Assembly: GCF_011745625.1 (NCBI RefSeq)
Contig: NW_027191474.1
Coordinates: 186,001-250,000, forward strand
Origin: Cladosporium halotolerans
Lineage: Eukaryota
Reading direction: 5' to 3'
Length of the DNA: 64,000 nt
The translations under genes were made by a program, and so were the position numbers. The first letter of the stretch is position 1, and every line of letters starts with the position of its first letter. Positions 32,942 to 44,721 of the stretch are shown in pieces. Under the pieces are notes generated by a model. The model was given only the letters and a program-made list of their open reading frames with translations. It did no database searches and was not told the origin of the DNA.

Positions 32942-34375
32942 ATGCATAGCGTGCAGCGTGTCGCCCTGGTCGCAAGCTGCTTGCTATGCCTCGCCTTCTT
33001 GGTGCATCTGCGGGACGGGATTTCAAGAGCACGAATATCACCCATCCTGGGAGGTGGTTCAGAAGCAGCAATACAATTTAGTAATGGAGATGCGTCGCAA
33101 AAGAAAGATCGCATCTTCAGCGGCCAAGACAAGACACACTGTTTAGACCTCCACGGGCTCGAGGACCTAGTCATCCTACTCAAGACCGGCTCAACGGAGA
33201 TCTACGAGAAGCTGCCCATACATTTCCAGACAACGTTCTCCTGCACAGAAGACTACATCATTTACTCCGATGTACAGCAAGATTTCGCCGGCGTGCCAGT
33301 TCGCGACGCGATTGCGCTGACATCGACGAAAGCTCGTAATGAGCGGTCAGATCTAGAGCAGCACAAGACCCTCAACGAGTGTTTCAAATCCGGCCGAGAT
33401 GCTGCGGAGCTGAAGGGTGAAAAGAGCTGGCACCTGGACAAGTGGAAGTTCCTGCCTATGATCAGCGACGCATACTCGACGTTCGAGCATCGCAAAAAGT
33501 GGTACTTCTTCATCGAAGCGGACACCTACGTCTCAATGCACAATCTATTGCCGTGGCTCTCCAAGCTGGATTCCAAGCAAGCCATCTACGCTGGAGCGCA
33601 AGTTGTTATTGGGGAAACTGAGTTCGGCCACGGCGGCAGCGGCTTCCTATTGTCCTCCACTACTGCTGAGGCATTGAACAGAACCTACAAGTCAGACCAG
33701 CATCGCTGGGAGAGTGTGATAAACAACGACTGCTGCGGCGACAAGGTCATGGCTGAAGTGCTGCTCGCGGCTGACCCACCCATCCGCTTACTTCACGCTT
33801 TCCCGCTCATCCAAGGCGAGACGCTGGCTTCGTTGGACTGGTCGGGGAAACATTGGTGTATGCCCGCAGTGACTTGGCATCACGTCGATGCCGCGGGTAT
33901 TGACAGGCTCTGGAAGTTCGATCGAGGTTGGAAGAAAGTGTATGGCGCTAGTGAGCCAATCCTCTTCCGAGACTACTACGAATCTTTCATCCACCCACGC
34001 CTGCTCGCAGCCAATGGCAGTATGCCAGATTGGGACAATCTCAGCAATGACTGGTCGAACTCGGCAGCCATGGGGGATACTGCCTCAGTCGGAAGTGCTC
34101 AAGCGTGTCAGCATTTCTGTGAGCAGCGAGACTCTTGTGTGCAATGGGCGTGGAGGCCAGGATCCTGCAAGGCAGGGAAAATAGTGCGTTTGGGTTGGGC
34201 TTTGAATAATCGGCCAGCACTTGGTTCAGCGGATAATCGTATCGAGAAGGCGGCAGGGAAGGCACTAGACGGGGCGGCCAGCGGGTGGATGCTGGACAGG
34301 ATCGCCAGCTTCCGGGAAAGGATGAGTTCATGTGATGAAAGCCAATTTTGGTTGACGAGAAACAAATATGACTGA
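32942..34375 (+). CDS. Glycosyltransferase family 31 protein (type II membrane)
   Basis: N-terminal TM segment; LKTGSTEIYEKLP, WHLDKWKFLPM, KWYFFIEADTY, FGHGGSGFLLS, CCGD, WCMPAVTWHH, WDNLS; Cys-rich C-terminus. Confidence 0.9.
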   Translation: MHSVQRVALVASCLLCLAFLVHLRDGISRARISPILGGGSEAAIQFSNGDASQKKDRIFSGQDKTHCLDLHGLEDLVILLKTGSTEIYEKLPIHFQTTFSCTEDYIIYSDVQQDFAGVPVRDAIALTSTKARNERSDLEQHKTLNECFKSGRDAAELKGEKSWHLDKWKFLPMISDAYSTFEHRKKWYFFIEADTYVSMHNLLPWLSKLDSKQAIYAGAQVVIGETEFGHGGSGFLLSSTTAEALNRTYKSDQHRWESVINNDCCGDKVMAEVLLAADPPIRLLHAFPLIQGETLASLDWSGKHWCMPAVTWHHVDAAGIDRLWKFDRGWKKVYGASEPILFRDYYESFIHPRLLAANGSMPDWDNLSNDWSNSAAMGDTASVGSAQACQHFCEQRDSCVQWAWRPGSCKAGKIVRLGWALNNRPALGSADNRIEKAAGKALDGAASGWMLDRIASFRERMSSCDESQFWLTRNKYD

Positions 34376-34709
34376 TTTCGATGGCTGTTTCGGCAGGGGC
34401 AGATTGAGCCATTCAACCAAGCAGAGTTCGGTTGGTGGCTATCACATCATCAGTCGTTGGTATGAACAGGAGCAATGTAGAAGTGAAGGAACAGTATACA
34501 AGGCTATGGGTTGCAGTTGCAAATTTCAATCATGAAGTCATCATCCCATTCTGTCCTCCAGGCATGCCGGATCTCACCAGTGTACGGTCACACACTATCC
34601 GTTCTATTCTCCATCCAGCTGCAGAAAACCATCAGCCACCGTCCAACCCTTCGATGTCCAACGAAAATCCACCATCAAAACAACTCACCTAGTGGCCGCA
34701 CGGGCAGAC

Positions 34710-35206
34710 TCACTCCATGACGCCCCGTCTCTCCTCCCGCTTCTTCTGCTCCATCATCTTGGCATCATTGCTCATGGCGGGCTTCTCGACGCCCTTGAAC
34801 GTCTTGTTGAACCAGCCGCTCACGAGACCGGGGCTGTTGCCCGCCATCTCGGTGTAGCTGGCTCTCCGCTCGTTGTAGTCTTGGCTGCCGCGCTTCTGGG
34901 CGTTGAGGTTGTTGAACAGGCCGGAGGACTGCGAGGACTGCCGCTTTGTCAGCAATCGTACGTCTTGTTGCCAGGTGGCCGCAGTGTGCGGATCCTGTGA
35001 TGCCAGAATGATGGACGTACCCTTCTCCTCTGGCCAGGCTCTTCGGTGGTCGGAGTCTTCTCCAGCGTGCTGCTTCCGGTGCTTCCGATGGAAGAACGAC
35101 GAAGAGGGTCGCCGAATTGGTTGGACAGCTTGCGGCCGGGCTGGTGCAGCTCCTTGCCCTTCTGGAACATGCCGCGTCGGTCTTGCCAGGTCTGATCGAT
35201 AGGCAT
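34710..35206 (-). CDS. Small hydrophilic fungal protein (2 exons) with several RRxS motifs
   Basis: ATG 35206; GTACGT donor at 35020, GCTGAC branch, in-frame acceptors at 34944 or 34938. Exon 2 has GLFNNLNAQKR...RRASYTEM...GLVSGWFNKTFKG, a pattern I recall from small conserved ascomycete proteins. Confidence 0.7.
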
Positions 35207-35670
35207 GATGGTTTGTGTGAGTGAGGTATTCGGTATGAAACGTTTACGTGTGTATTGGTTGCAATGGAGTGTGTAGTAACGAAGAAGGCGAGCGGAAGAG
35301 GGGAGAAGATAGCTATATCTGCCCAAGCTCCCTGGCGAGTCGGGCCTATTGATCAGCCCATCGAATGTGGGCAAGACGGCAGACGATCGGTGGCTGACAG
35401 CAATCGGTGTCTCATTGGGTGCCGTGACGTCGATAAGTCGAGACTCGATCGAGGAGGCGCGTGGGGAAGAGCTGGGGATGTGCGGGGTTGCGCTGAAGCT
35501 TGTGAAGCTTCGGTCACCAATGAGCACGTGAAGGTCGTATTTGGCTGGATACACTTGGCGCTGCCGATACTAGGGGTAAGAAGTGCGACGAGAGCAACCG
35601 TCTGTGATATCTCTCTATGCCTGTATGAAGATCACGACCTCATCCGCTCCATTGAAGCTCGCTCTTGTTC

Positions 35671-36788
35671 TCACCGCCTTCCAGGCCTCTTGGGTCTCGC
35701 GAAACCCTTCTTCTCCGCCTTCTCATCGACGCCGAACTCTTTCGCAAGTGCCTCTTCACTCAAGTCTTCGAATTCTGTGGCTTCCAGGCTCTTTGTGACC
35801 ACCACGCCGGCCTTTTGCTCGGCAATCATTTGTGTGAACTTCTTGCTCGTGCTGTACATCATACGCTCTTTTAGCTTCGAGGACGACGGGCAGGTGTAGA
35901 TGAAGACGATCTGAGGGCTGCTGCTGTTGCCGCCGGGGTAGGAGTAGAAGCTGAGACGCGGGTCGGACTGCGAGAGGGTAGTGCTCAGCTGCGCGGGAGA
36001 TACTGAGGGCGTGGACGAAGCGACGCGAAGGGTTTCGTCGGGAAGGTTGAAGTACTGAAAATTAGACTGTTAGCAAGTCCCTGGTCCTGCGGAATGTTCT
36101 CTTCTCTTTGACACTCACCAGCTGGACCAGGAGTCCACCCGATCCCTCCTTCATCAATTCCGCCAGTGCCTCTGGTAGCCCGTCTTCAGTGTTTATCGCG
36201 TCCACCTTGCTGCCGACGTGTCCCTTTCTTGCCGTTGTGCCACCGCTCTCCTGCGCCTCTGCTTCCCTCAAACCAGCCTGTCCAGCCTCTTCCTCAGTCA
36301 AGGGAGCATCCTGCTTGCTGTGCTTCTCGTGCCGCGCCCAGCCCTCAGCGGTCAGCTCCGACGCCTCGGTCGCAAAGAGAGTCTCCCTGAATCGCTCGAT
36401 ACCCAGCTCACGCACGAGTGTCAGACGGGTCGAAGCGAACAGCATCTTCTCGCGCACGGGAGCGCTGTTGGGTACGTATGTCACCGCGACGAATCCATCG
36501 GGCTCGCCGGGAGCGACCTTGAGGAGAACATAGCGGGCGGCGTTGGGCGACAGGTGCGATTGCAACTGTGACAGGTCGGCGTTGAAGTCGGATTGTAACG
36601 GGATGGTGTTCAGGGGGATGAGAGCCTCGTTCTCAATGCCAGCCAGCAGGCCGCGTTGGGATGGTGAGGAGACGAAGTCATTGAAGGCGGTCTGGAGCTC
36701 TTGGGAGGCTGATGGGGCTGTCAGTGAGACCCATGGTATGCCGCAGTAACAATTGTCGAGGACACAGACCTGATATGCCGGACTGCAT
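35671..36788 (-). CDS. TWF1: Twinfilin (two ADF-H/cofilin domains)
   Basis: Exons 36788-36770 (MQSGIS), 36708-36119 and 36054-35671. YVPNSAPVREKMLFASTRLTLVRELG, FIYTCPSSSKLKERMMYS, and C-terminal GFARPKRPGRR tail. Confidence 0.93.
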
Positions 36789-37413
36789 GATGATCGGGTT
36801 TTTTGGGTGTTGGCTGGAGGGGTCGGCGGGCAGGGTCGGGCGTGGAAGTGGTTGCCGAGCTCGGCTGCGTGGGGTGGCGGTGTTGTGTTCGTACGTCACT
36901 GGCGGAAACGAAAGTTGAACACGAACGCTTGAGGACTGAAGACCTGACGGGAGACACAGTTTGAGACTTCATTGAATACTATAAAACCACACTAAGTAGG
37001 CAACAGCAATGGCGACAACTCTCTTGTGCCGCGCAGGATCGTGGTGCTTACGTGGCGACAGCCTGGATAGTTTGGCAGCACGCCATGGGCGTTGACCACG
37101 CCCGCAGTGCCTAAAAGCATGCAGCTGCGAACAGGTCTTATGGTGTACGATAAGATGTACGTAGAGATGAGGCAGCATCACAATGCTATCAAACAGGGGT
37201 TTGAAGTCAAAATGTAGGCGGCAACGGACTCAGCAGCGCCGCCAGTCATTCGGCAACGATTCGGATGTGGACTTTCGAGCCGCCTTTCTCCCACCCAGCC
37301 CTCATCCGACCTCGCCGACCCAGAGCACTAGCATAGACATGTAACTTCAATGTTGGTAGGGCTGTTTCAATGATCATTCCCCACACCTTACCTTGTCAAA
37401 ATCTCCCATCATC

Positions 37414-38577
37414 ATGAATTTCATCGTGGGCACATTCAACACACCGGACCTTTTCACTTTCACCTTCTCCCCTCCAGCATCACGAAATCAAGAGGTCTCA
37501 CTCGCCGTTGCTCGCAGGTCTCAAGCCATTGGCAACCATTCCTGGCTGGGACTTTCTCCGAAGCGAGACTCCTCATCTGATCAACGCTACCTCTATGCAA
37601 CAGCCTGGACCGAGCCACCCTCGGTCGCTGCCTACAGTATCCAGGACTCAGGCAACACTATCCGTCCCATCAACTCGAAACCAGTCCGCGCTCGATCTGG
37701 ATATGTATGCGCTTCCAACACTCACGTATACTCCTGTGGCGGTCCAACTGGCGAAGCCTTCAGAATCGCTCCCGATGGTGGCGTTGGCGATCTAGTCCAG
37801 GAGCTCAACTTCGTCGACGATAAGGAGAGTGACAAGCCCACAGGCGCCCTCCATGGCGATTTTGGCGGTCTGCGCCACGGCTCGCACAGTGTGGATCTGA
37901 GCCCCGACATGCGCAGCTTGTACATCGCCGACATTGGCCGCAACTGCATCTTCACGTACTCCATCGACGACGCCCATGCCAGCAGCGGCAAGCAGCACCT
38001 GACCCTCGGGTCGAAACACATCGCGCCTCGCTCCAATGACGGTCCCCGCCACACCTGGCCACATCCATCAGGCAAAATCCTGTACAGCCTGCAGGAGCAC
38101 ACCAGCATGGTCGATCTCTTCTCCGTCGCCGACGACGGTGTCACCCTCACACACAAGGGCGGAGTGCGGATCATTCCTGAAGACAAGGACGCCAGCGACT
38201 ACTGGGCGGACGAAGTTCGCTTGAGCACCGCCTCGAAGACGCCACGATACATGTACGCCTCTACGCGCGGCCTCGCAGCAGAGACTAAGGGCTATGTCGC
38301 CGTCTTCGAGTTGCATCCTGACGGGACTGTGGCTTCTGAGGCACCCATTTGTATTTGGGAGACTCCGACGAGCGGTGGAATCGCGAATGCCATAGAGCCG
38401 GCGCCATACCATGAGAGCTTCGGAGGCATTGAGTATTTGGCCATGACTGACAGCCAGGAGGGTTGGGTGTTTATGCTTGGCTTTGATGGTAGGGAGGTCA
38501 AGGAGGTCGCGAGGGTAAACCTTGGGAAGACTGGTGATGGACAGGTTGTGCAAGCGGCTACGGCGGTTTGGCTGTAG
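37414..38577 (+). CDS. Seven-bladed beta-propeller lactonase, muconate cycloisomerase / carboxy-cis,cis-muconate cyclase-like
   Basis: HGSHSVDLSPD, LYIADIGRN, DGPRH, HPSGKILYSLQEH, YWADEV and ASTRG carry the His/Arg/Glu/Arg set typical of this family. Confidence 0.85.
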   Translation: MNFIVGTFNTPDLFTFTFSPPASRNQEVSLAVARRSQAIGNHSWLGLSPKRDSSSDQRYLYATAWTEPPSVAAYSIQDSGNTIRPINSKPVRARSGYVCASNTHVYSCGGPTGEAFRIAPDGGVGDLVQELNFVDDKESDKPTGALHGDFGGLRHGSHSVDLSPDMRSLYIADIGRNCIFTYSIDDAHASSGKQHLTLGSKHIAPRSNDGPRHTWPHPSGKILYSLQEHTSMVDLFSVADDGVTLTHKGGVRIIPEDKDASDYWADEVRLSTASKTPRYMYASTRGLAAETKGYVAVFELHPDGTVASEAPICIWETPTSGGIANAIEPAPYHESFGGIEYLAMTDSQEGWVFMLGFDGREVKEVARVNLGKTGDGQVVQAATAVWL

Positions 38578-39036
38578 ATCGAGGCTTTGGAGGCATTGAA
38601 GACATGTATTTACCACTTCACAATTTCCGACATTTTCGCGACCAGCGGCTATTACAGATTCTACATCATTCGTGTATGGTTGTCTGATAATATTATCTGT
38701 TATCTCTGATATGTAGATGCGCAACTAGAGCAGTTTGTGCCTGAGGCAGCATTTCGGACTTGCCCTGACTGTTGCTGCTGGCGGCTATCGTACTGCCGAC
38801 GATTACCTAAGACTCGGATTAATCCCAAGCCACATCACCCAGACGCGGGACGTGAGAACTTGTTGATTCTTTATTGTAGCGAGACAGCAGTACCGGTGTG
38901 AAAATTTTTTTTGAAAAGGGGAGGAATTCCAACGCAACAAGGCGAACGGATCTCAATCAAGGCGTTCATCAGTACATTACGAAGTCGACTCGTAACCGGA
39001 GAAATCTGTTTGGAGACTCGCGTGAATCAACCAACC

Positions 39037-39969
39037 ATGGAAACAGACGCAACTTACCCTCTCAACCTCACCAACGTCCCCTACTCCGATACTTCAAGTC
39101 TGAACACTCTCTCCGTCTATTTGCCCCGACCACCAGTTCCCAATGACCCCGAACGCCTCTTCCTAATCTACATACACGGCGGCGCCTGGCGAGACCCTCT
39201 CATCGAAGCATCTTCCTTCCAACAAACACAAGATAACCTGCTCTCTCTCGCCAGCCCCCAAATAACCGACTCCATCTCCGGCATCGCCACGATTAACTAC
39301 CGCCTCTCCCCCTACCCCTCCCACCCAACATCTCCAAGCAACCCTCACGACCCAGCGCGCAACGCCCGCCACCCAGACCACATCACCGACGTGCTCACGG
39401 CGATCCTCCACCTGCAAGAAAAGTACTCCTTCGGCAGCCGCTACCTCCTCATCGGCCACTCCTGCGGCGCCACGCTCGCGCTGCAAGTCGCCATGAAACG
39501 CTACTGGGGCTCGCAGTACGAATCGACTCTTGCGCTGGAGTTGAACGTCGAGCCGCCTATTGCTATCATGGGCGTTGAGGGGATCTACGATATCCTTGGG
39601 CTCGTGGAGGAGAACGCGGCGCAGCCTATCTATCGCGATCTGATGGTCAATGCTTTCGGGACGGATGCCAGGGTCTGGGAGGATGCGAGTCCGGCGAGGG
39701 GCGATTTGGAGGATGGGTGGCAGGAGGGAAGGTTGGTGGTTATTGTGCATTCGGAGGAGGACGAGTTGGTGGGTATGCAGCATGCTGAAGGGATGTGGAA
39801 GGCGCTTGGAGAGCAGGGATTTGCGGAGGAGATGGGAAGCGAGAGGCGGAGAGAATTTGTGAGACTGAACGGGTTGAAGCATGATGAAGTCTGGGAGGAT
39901 GGGAAGGAGTTCGCAAAGATTATCTTGAAGACAGTGGAGGATGTGCTCGAGCTCGACAGCAAGAATTAA
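39037..39969 (+). CDS. BNA7: Kynurenine formamidase (alpha/beta hydrolase)
   Basis: ATG 39037. YIHGGAWRDP, INYRLSP, ARHPDHITDV, GHSCGATL, VEGIYD, HSEEDELV, and KHDEVW. Confidence 0.85.
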   Translation: METDATYPLNLTNVPYSDTSSLNTLSVYLPRPPVPNDPERLFLIYIHGGAWRDPLIEASSFQQTQDNLLSLASPQITDSISGIATINYRLSPYPSHPTSPSNPHDPARNARHPDHITDVLTAILHLQEKYSFGSRYLLIGHSCGATLALQVAMKRYWGSQYESTLALELNVEPPIAIMGVEGIYDILGLVEENAAQPIYRDLMVNAFGTDARVWEDASPARGDLEDGWQEGRLVVIVHSEEDELVGMQHAEGMWKALGEQGFAEEMGSERRREFVRLNGLKHDEVWEDGKEFAKIILKTVEDVLELDSKN

Positions 39970-40135
39970 TAATGTAAAGGTGACATTCTCATTTCTCGTT
40001 AAGATACATGATGTCTATCTATTTCTAGAAAAGATTCTACTCTCCACCGTTCCGATTGGCGACCGTAAAAGTAATGCAAGATAGTATTCCCCAAGATCAT
40101 ACAACATCTTCAAGATGATGGCAAGTCTGCTCATG

Positions 40136-42775
40136 TCAGTCATCCAGAACAATGACCACGGGCTGACCGGGAGGACAACAGTTCCCCGCTGCCAACATGA
40201 GCTGATTGTGGAAGCCGCTGAGCAGCCACTCGGCCTTCGTGAGACTTTGAAGCGCCTCATCGCCCGTCATCTGACACCAACGCGACCACATGACGCTGAA
40301 CTTCGAAGCCCAATAGCAGTCACAACGGGACAGGATGTATTCAGCTTCATCAACCGTGGTACGGCGCCCAAAGTACAGCGTGCTCTTGTAGATGATCACA
40401 TTCGAGTCGTTGGGCGGTGGAGTCCAGTGGAGTGGATGACGACAAGGCTTTCCCGGCTTGCAGTCAGGATGCGTACTGCCGCGCGAGATTTGAGCATGGG
40501 TTGAATCGAAGCCGGCAGACAAAGCTGGCTGGCTGCTAGGTCCACTGGTCACCGCGGGTCGCGTTTCAGCGAAGGTGGTGCAACTCCGTGGTGTCTGAGT
40601 GAATGGATGAGGGCGTGGCTTTTCCGGCGATGGTGGCAGAGAAGCTGCCCGTTTTCTGTTTCGAATGGGAGCGAGTTCCTCGTCACGAACACTTGACAGC
40701 TTCTTTTGATCAAGTGGATTTGCTGAAACAGAAGTCGCGCGCAGCTGTGGAGACACATGGGTGCCATTGGGGATCGTGGTGGAAGCTCCCTCCTCCGACA
40801 CATCTTCCAAGGAGGCGACATCAGTAGTCGTCGTTTTGGATGGTGGTAGACCCCCGGGTGGAATTGAATATGGGTTGATATTGGCCGAGCCGGATGCCGG
40901 TGGGTTGTCTTCCAATTCCTGCCACAGAAGGCTCAGAGCATCCTCGGCGGGCCCGGGCAGGGTCGAGCCTTCTCCAGACTTTGGCGTCGATGATGAAGCC
41001 TGCAAAATTGTTGAGGTGCATTTGACAATCGACGAGTGAATAGCTTGCTCTCTTGATCCAGGTGGATCAGAAATCTCTGCCGCAGCAGAAGCGACACAGC
41101 TTGTCTGCGATGCGGTGGGATTAGGAGCGGGTAATGATGCTGCCGTAGTCGGACGGCTTTTCATCGAAGTGGTTGGCAGCGCTCCAGATGATGGTTCGTC
41201 GCAATTTCCGTTGGCTTCATTACCGTCAAATCTCTGTCGCACAGATGCAATCTGCGAACTCAAGCCATCCCGTGGGTGACGAGTGGAAGTCACCGAGGTC
41301 GGGTCCCAGAATGACTCGTCGTCAATAGCGCCTTCCTCGGCTGTGTCATTGATCCTATTGAGTACCTGGATATCCGAGTCACCTGAGTCGCTGGAGTCGG
41401 AATCGCTTTGGTCGTCATCGTTGAAGTGGTCGAACCATGTGTCTGTGTCCGAGGGTTGAACTTGATCTCGACGACGTTGACCGCCAACACCGTCAGTGAG
41501 GCCTGATGTGTGGCTCCCTATGCCTGGTCAGTGAATGATACCCTCAAGAAGATTGACAGACTTACGCTGTTGCGTCGGGCCCACTGTGTAATGATCACAA
41601 AGTACGTTCTCCTGTGTACCGCAGTTCGCACAGGCACCGTTGAACCACAACTCTTGTATGGGGCCGGAGCGCACACATTCTGCGAAGAACACAACTCGAT
41701 CTCCTAGGCACCTAGTACACTCATGGCTATGGGCCTCGGTGCCAGTGACCTGGAGAAGGATCGCGTTGCGTCTACGCCGAACGCATTTGTAAAGCCTCCT
41801 CGAATATTGGAATTGCCTGTGCCAGCGGAGTGGGCGAACCTGTGGTAGTTTCATGAGGTTGCGAAACGACTTACCACCATGGTCCGCTTGAGAGGTGATG
41901 CCTTTGACCTCCATCAAGATCCGGTAGATGGCTGGGTAGAGGTCCAACGTGGGGTGGGGCCGGATGAACGGCCAGGTTGAGGCGACATGCAGCTGCGCTG
42001 CATGATATTCTTCTTCTGTCTGAGGCAGAACACTTCCAGGAGGGAAACGTGACTCCGCGATGTTAAGGACCGGTCGTTGCTGCAAACCCCGGTAAGTGCG
42101 ACGTACTGCAGGCCTGTGAGCGGAAGCAGTCCCTTCGAACTCTGCTATGGCTGCTTGGGCGTTGGCAAGATGCTCGCTTGGTTCCAAAGTGTCGTCATGC
42201 CACCGAACTTTGCACATACTGACACCATGCCGCATTCTCCATTTGAGGGTTACCTCGATGTGCCAGATGTCGCCATTGATGATCACATGTGCCATCTGTT
42301 CCTCTTCGCCAGGTATAACGAGTTCCGTCGGGATCCATGTTGATTTCCAGCGGACAAGATACTCAACGCGGCCATCAACAACCCGTTTGTCGAGTATCTT
42401 GTCCACTTCGAAATCTTGTCGCTTCAACCCAGCTTTTGTCTTGGTACTACCAGCATTTGTACCTTGTCCAGAAGATGAGCAGCCTGTCAACGATGCTGTT
42501 TTGGAAGGCACTGGCATTGCCACGCTGGAACTGGTAACACCGTCCCGATGCGACACTGGAGACGATACTGGTGGCGTCGGAAGGCATGTTGCCACGTTCT
42601 CAGATGGCTGTCCTGTACTCTTGGTAAGAGTTGGTGAACACGAGACAGTCTTCGATGTGCCGTCCGTGTCGATGCATGCGCCAGACGTCGCCAACAGACC
42701 CTTATCGGTTGAGCTCGAAGAGGCAGCGCGAGACAGCGCGGGTGACCTTGGCTGGTCTGACTTCAGGTTGCTCAA
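40136..42775 (-). CDS. Large hypothetical protein: tandem chromodomain-like region + DUF3716-like Cys cluster + acidic/disordered linker + C-terminal Cys/His domain (5' end uncertain, possibly ATG 42915)
   Basis: ORFs 41528-42775 and 40136-41293 join in frame through a 48-nt intron at 41565-41518 (GTAAGT...ACTGAC...TAG). FEVDKILDKRVVDGRVEYLVRWK, KVRWHDDTLEPSEHLANAQAAIAEF, and CTRC...FAECV...NGACANC. Confidence 0.75.
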
Positions 42776-44721
42776 TCTGAAGGCGGTGCGCGACCCTCAT
42801 GACCACTGTCAGTTGCTAACTGTAACTAGGGTTCGGTAAGGGGCAATTATGTACCTGAAGAAGATTCGGTCTGACCATCGAGTGCGCTTTTGGAAGCTGC
42901 ACTGCTCTCCGGCATGAGTTTGTCTGATTGCCGATTAGTAAAGTGTCAACGTCCGGTCACGTTGTAAGTTTTGTGGCATACCTCCAACAAGTCTTGGCTC
43001 AGTCGTTCTGGTTGCCGATGCACTGTGATCTATCATAGGAGTCAGAAATGCATTCAGATACTTCGCGATTGATGACCCTATAACAATGGTACCTTTCAGT
43101 CGAATCGTAAATTTCGTATCTTGGAACGGCTTCCCGACGCGATCAATCGGTCGTCGCCAGCTCAGTTCTGTTAGAGTCAGACAACACCTTGCAACACGAA
43201 GATAGCGAAACGAACTTCTCAACTTCGCTTCAAGCTGCGAGTCTTTTCGCCGCTCTGCTTCTGCACGTAAGGCTGCTCTTACGGCTTTACGTTCTTCCTG
43301 GAACTCACGCAAGCCTTGCTGCCGGGTTTTGCGCCGTAAAAGGTCCTGATTTTCTGGGTCGGCGGTAACCTCACGGATGAAGAGCGGAAGAAGACTGTCG
43401 ATTGCGAGGTCGACGCGTCGAGAAGATATCGACATTGGTGAAAGCAGATGACGGGCTATACGAGAATGAGTGTGAAAATTGAGATAAGCCTCCGAGTGTA
43501 ATTGTAGTTTGTATGCACGTATCGCGTCAGGTTCGCGGCGCGCGCAAATTCTAGGGCATGTGGGACAAAACTCACTGTCTTTGCTCTGATGAACGCCCCA
43601 ACCAGACGGCGTGACAATCAGAGTGACGCAGCTTGACCTACCGTGTCGGAGTGCATTGGGCCGAGTGACACTGTTGACCATAGCCAGCGGCTAAGGTTTC
43701 CATGAATTTGGGGCACATTGCCATGGGTGACCTGGATGTAGCGCTGTCGTTTGCGTGCATACGGGGACCGCGCATGGAGTGAACGACTGCATTACGACGA
43801 CGCTTCCAAGCGAATTTGATTTTCGGGCGGAAGTGGCTGGCAATGAGCTTCATTGTCCGGTGGAAAAGCCCGCCGACTTTGAAGCATGTCAGCTTCCCAC
43901 GTATGCCTCCGAGCTCTATGAGTGACTCGGAAAGCGTGAGCTTGAAGAAGAATGACTTCGTGGAGCATCGAGCCCGTCGAATCCACGTCCGAGCTTGCGA
44001 GTCGTTCGCGTGTAACGTCAAGACATGCGGGCAGTTTCGAACATACGAAATACCCACTGTGAGATATTGCTGCAGCCACTGGCGGCAAAGCGGAATCAGC
44101 GACCAGGTCTCCAAGATTTCTCAAAAGAACTCCCTACAACGCAGCAAAGTAAGATCTGGGCCGAAAGGGGCCACGGCAGGCTCGAGAGAGATCCAGGTGT
44201 GCAGTTCCAGATGCCATCGTCGTGTTGGGAAGGGCGGCCAAAGACGCCATCGTTGCCGAAATGTGATCTCTCAGATGCGGCTCCGCGACGAATGTGGCGG
44301 GATCCCGGTCACCGCTTAGAAGCATGCAAACCCCCGTGCATCGCATTTACTGGCGCCCAGTAGGAGCTTTCCCATGGCAATGAGGGTGACGAGTCGACGC
44401 CGAGTTGATTCCTTGACACTGCTCTATCTGCAGTATTCCATGGACGTGTCAATGCTCTCGGCAAATTCTCAATTGACAGATGGCTATGGTGGGTTGCAGT
44501 TCTTCTGATCCTTCCACATTAGCTGAAGCCATGTTGTACTCTGCAATCCCTTTGTCAGTCTTGTAATCTGATTTTCGCGAGCATCCCACAATCTCATCTT
44601 CGTGGGCGTCCCGCACCTCGTCAATCAAGACTCAAAGTCGGAGCCCAAGGGGCCAGCACCACGCGGTTCCTGCCTGAGGCATCTCAGTTCGGACGGGTCC
44701 AGTTCTCCCTCACTCTCCAAA

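Noticed and set aside
42935..44319. Overlapping 150-250 aa ORFs on both strands
   Set aside because: No consistent exon structure or motif could be built; may be a relic but cannot be supported as a gene.
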